A stretch of 64,000 nt of DNA from Squalus acanthias (Eukaryota). Of this stretch, positions 61,601 to 64,000 are shown piece by piece; the stretch's first letter is position 1, and the number at the start of each line of letters is the position of its first letter. The stretch lies in contig CM059432.1 of the NCBI GenBank assembly GCA_030390025.1, positions 60,328,001 through 60,392,000 on the forward strand, given 5' to 3'. The notes under the pieces are model-generated. The model searched no databases. It was not told where the DNA came from and saw only the letters and a list, made by a program, of their open reading frames with translations. A program made the position numbers and the translations under genes.

Positions 61601-62870
61601 GGTGCAGTATGAAGGAGTCATGGCAACTGCCAGGGTACTTGGCACAAACATGCAAAATTTCCTTCTTGTGGTCACACACCAGCTGAACGTTAAGGGAGTG
61701 GAAGCCCTTGCGGTTGACAAAAATACCTGGATTGCGACGCCCTGCACCCTTGGAAAGCGTGCCAGATTAGCTAATCCAACCGCACGCGCCGTGACACTTG
61801 CTTGATCCTTGGTGAAATGGATGTGATTGTGCGCGATGGCAAAGAGGGCATCGGTTACCTGCGTGATGCAAGTGTGTGCGGCCGCCTGGGAGATGCCGCT
61901 GATGCCTGCTGCTGATCCCTGGAATGAGCCTGAGGCAAAAAGGTTGAGTGCGGTGGTGACTTTGACGGCCACTGGTAAGGGTTGTCCACCTAGTCCTCTG
62001 GGCTCCAGGTCTTGTTGCAGCATTGCGCAGATGTCACCCACTACCTCTCACGAAAGTCGGAGCCGCCTTTGGCACTGCTGCTCAGACATGTTGAGGTAGC
62101 TGACCCTGTATCTGTAGACCCTGTTTGGGGGGTATCTCCTGCGCCGACGGGCTTCCATGCGCTGGCCCCTTCTGGCCTGTGTAGCTTCAGGTGGGTGAGC
62201 AGCAGCTTGGCGCTCCTGTTGTTGCTGCTGCTGTTGGTGCTGCTGCTGTTGGTGCTGCTGTTGTTCATGGTTCTGCTGGTGCCGCGGCTGGTCTTCGTCT
62301 TCATCTGATGTCCAGAAGGGAAGGAAATAAATGGCTCCCATGCTTCTGGTATATGCCTCAGTTGAGGAAGCGCTCAGTCAAGGTGGCGAGAGGGGTTTCC
62401 CAGGAGGTCGCACTGGAGATGGGTGTCAGGCTCCAAACTTCCACAGCTGTGGTTATGCCTTCTAAAAGTTCCCCCAGACCTGAGACAGCAAAGTCCTGCC
62501 ACCTGCAAATGATGGCTGATCAAATCTCCTATTTAATGGTTGAGCTGCAGCTGATAGTCAGCAATCCAATTGTGCTACCGCCAGGTTTCACCGTCGTGTT
62601 TCAGAACAGGCGTGCTTCACGTGGGAAAAGGGTTAAAATCACAAAGGCCTATCAAAATGGCATTATAGAGGCAATTTAGTGCTTGTTAAGGGCCTTAATG
62701 GCCTATCCCGCCTCTTGGAGGCGGGACGGAGACGGGACCAGTAGACACGATTTAATGAAAATTGCTTGGAGGCGGGATGGAGGCGGGTTGGGCCCGCCCA
62801 CCAGTTTTTGCAATTTTAACCACCCACACGCCTCCAATCCCGCCTCAACGGCCCGATGAAATTCGAGCCC
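58637..62870. mobile_element. Full-length Harbinger H9 (Myb on + 58916-60889; transposase on - 62341 to about 61110), H3-like
   Basis: TIRs GGGCTGGAATTTGAT / ATGAAATTCGAGCCC; TSD GTT/ATT; both genes frameshifted. Confidence 0.9.
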
Positions 62871-63317
62871 ATTGTCTCTTCTAGCTGTTCTCACTTCCCA
62901 AATGATAAAGTATTTACCAAACCCTTTTTTCATGTGAAGATAGTATTTCTTTAAGTAAAAATATGAATATTACAGTCCATCCACAGTTAGACTGTAAATA
63001 ACTTTATACACTCCACCTTTAAACAACAAGATGTACTGTGTGTAATGTTGCATACAGTTCAAAAGACAATGATGCATAGTCTGGACCATTTAGCTCAAGA
63101 TGCTTTAGTAGGTATTTTGGATTTTAAAAGACAGCTATTGCTTACTTTCAAGTCACGTGGCTTTAGAGTTGACTTATTAGATCTGATTTTATGAAATTAT
63201 GCTCCTGGAATGGTTCCTCAGATACCGGGAGCCCATATCAGGAAATCAAGGGTGCGCTACCCACCAGAAGTGCACATTCAGAAAATCAACATGAGTAAAA
63301 TCAAATGAAAAACTTAC

Positions 63318-63471
63318 TTTGTCTACCCTGATACTTTCCTCCTGTTCCATATCAGCAGATTCATTCATAAGTTGGTTGTATAATTTTTCCGCTTCTACAA
63401 GCTGATCCTTAGTTTCTCTCTCCCGAGTAGTATAAGTATTAAAGAGAGCTCTGGCATTGATTATGTCATTT
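63318..63471 (-). CDS. CCDC178: Host exon (154 nt, phase 2 to 0): NDIINARALFNTYTTRERETKDQLVEAEKLYNQLMNESADMEQEESIRVDK
   Basis: TAG acceptor, GTAAGT donor, open frame; LF..Y pattern resembles recalled CCDC178. Confidence 0.72.
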
Positions 63472-64000
63472 CTATTAAATAGAAAGATTGTGTGTTATAA
63501 AGCAGTTATGAAGCTTGTATAAACCTTTTTATCTCTTTCACAGAAACATTTTTGTCCAGAGATTATGCATAGAGTTCAGTGCAAAAATGTATTTATTTTT
63601 AAATATAAATAACCTAACAAATTGAACAATTAATTATCCAAATAATACAGATTATCTTAATATCAAACAATGATCCTCAACTAAATATCTAGGGCTATCA
63701 CAAAAAACAGACATACACATAATTGTATATGTAAAGTTATGTACTGCTTTTTATAATATTTTTGTAATATTATTTTCCCTTTAATACTATTTTCAGTATA
63801 GGTTGCTCTGACTGGCATTGATCAGTTTATAATAGTTAAACAAGTCACTTCCTTCATTAAGAAAATGATTAGCAAACAATTCTTCCTTTGCAACACAAAA
63901 GGCATTAATATTAACCCATCAGTTCATAACTTATATGTTATAACAATAATAAGCCATACTTATTTGGGCTTTTCTGCCCCAAATGAGTGCTGGTGAGTTG

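Overview
Eukaryotic genomic DNA, most likely a cartilaginous fish (inferred from SacSINE1-like DeuSINE and HE1-like V-SINE repeats). The window is almost all intron of a minus-strand coiled-coil host gene (probably CCDC178; four GT-AG exons with consistent phases at 63471-63318, 55142-55047, 27878-27742, 27666-27483). The introns are packed with nested transposons: about nine gene-bearing PIF/Harbinger elements (HARBI1-type DDE transposase and/or a spliced Myb/SANT gene), Harbinger-type MITEs, many CR1-clade LINE pieces, SINEs and Penelope-like elements (PLEs). Main observations: (1) a young PLE with an open RT + GIY-YIG frame whose 5' pLTR is flipped, separating the ATG from the ORF and giving 395-bp inverted arms that each carry a minimal hammerhead ribozyme; (2) tiny fold-back insertions of a second PLE family, one with an intact hammerhead and a TSD; (3) a palindromic target consensus RANNY-NNN-RNNTY read from nine Harbinger insertion sites with otherwise variable 3-bp TSDs; (4) a LINE that starts with a tRNA-like head. 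All calls were made by eye; no database searches were run.
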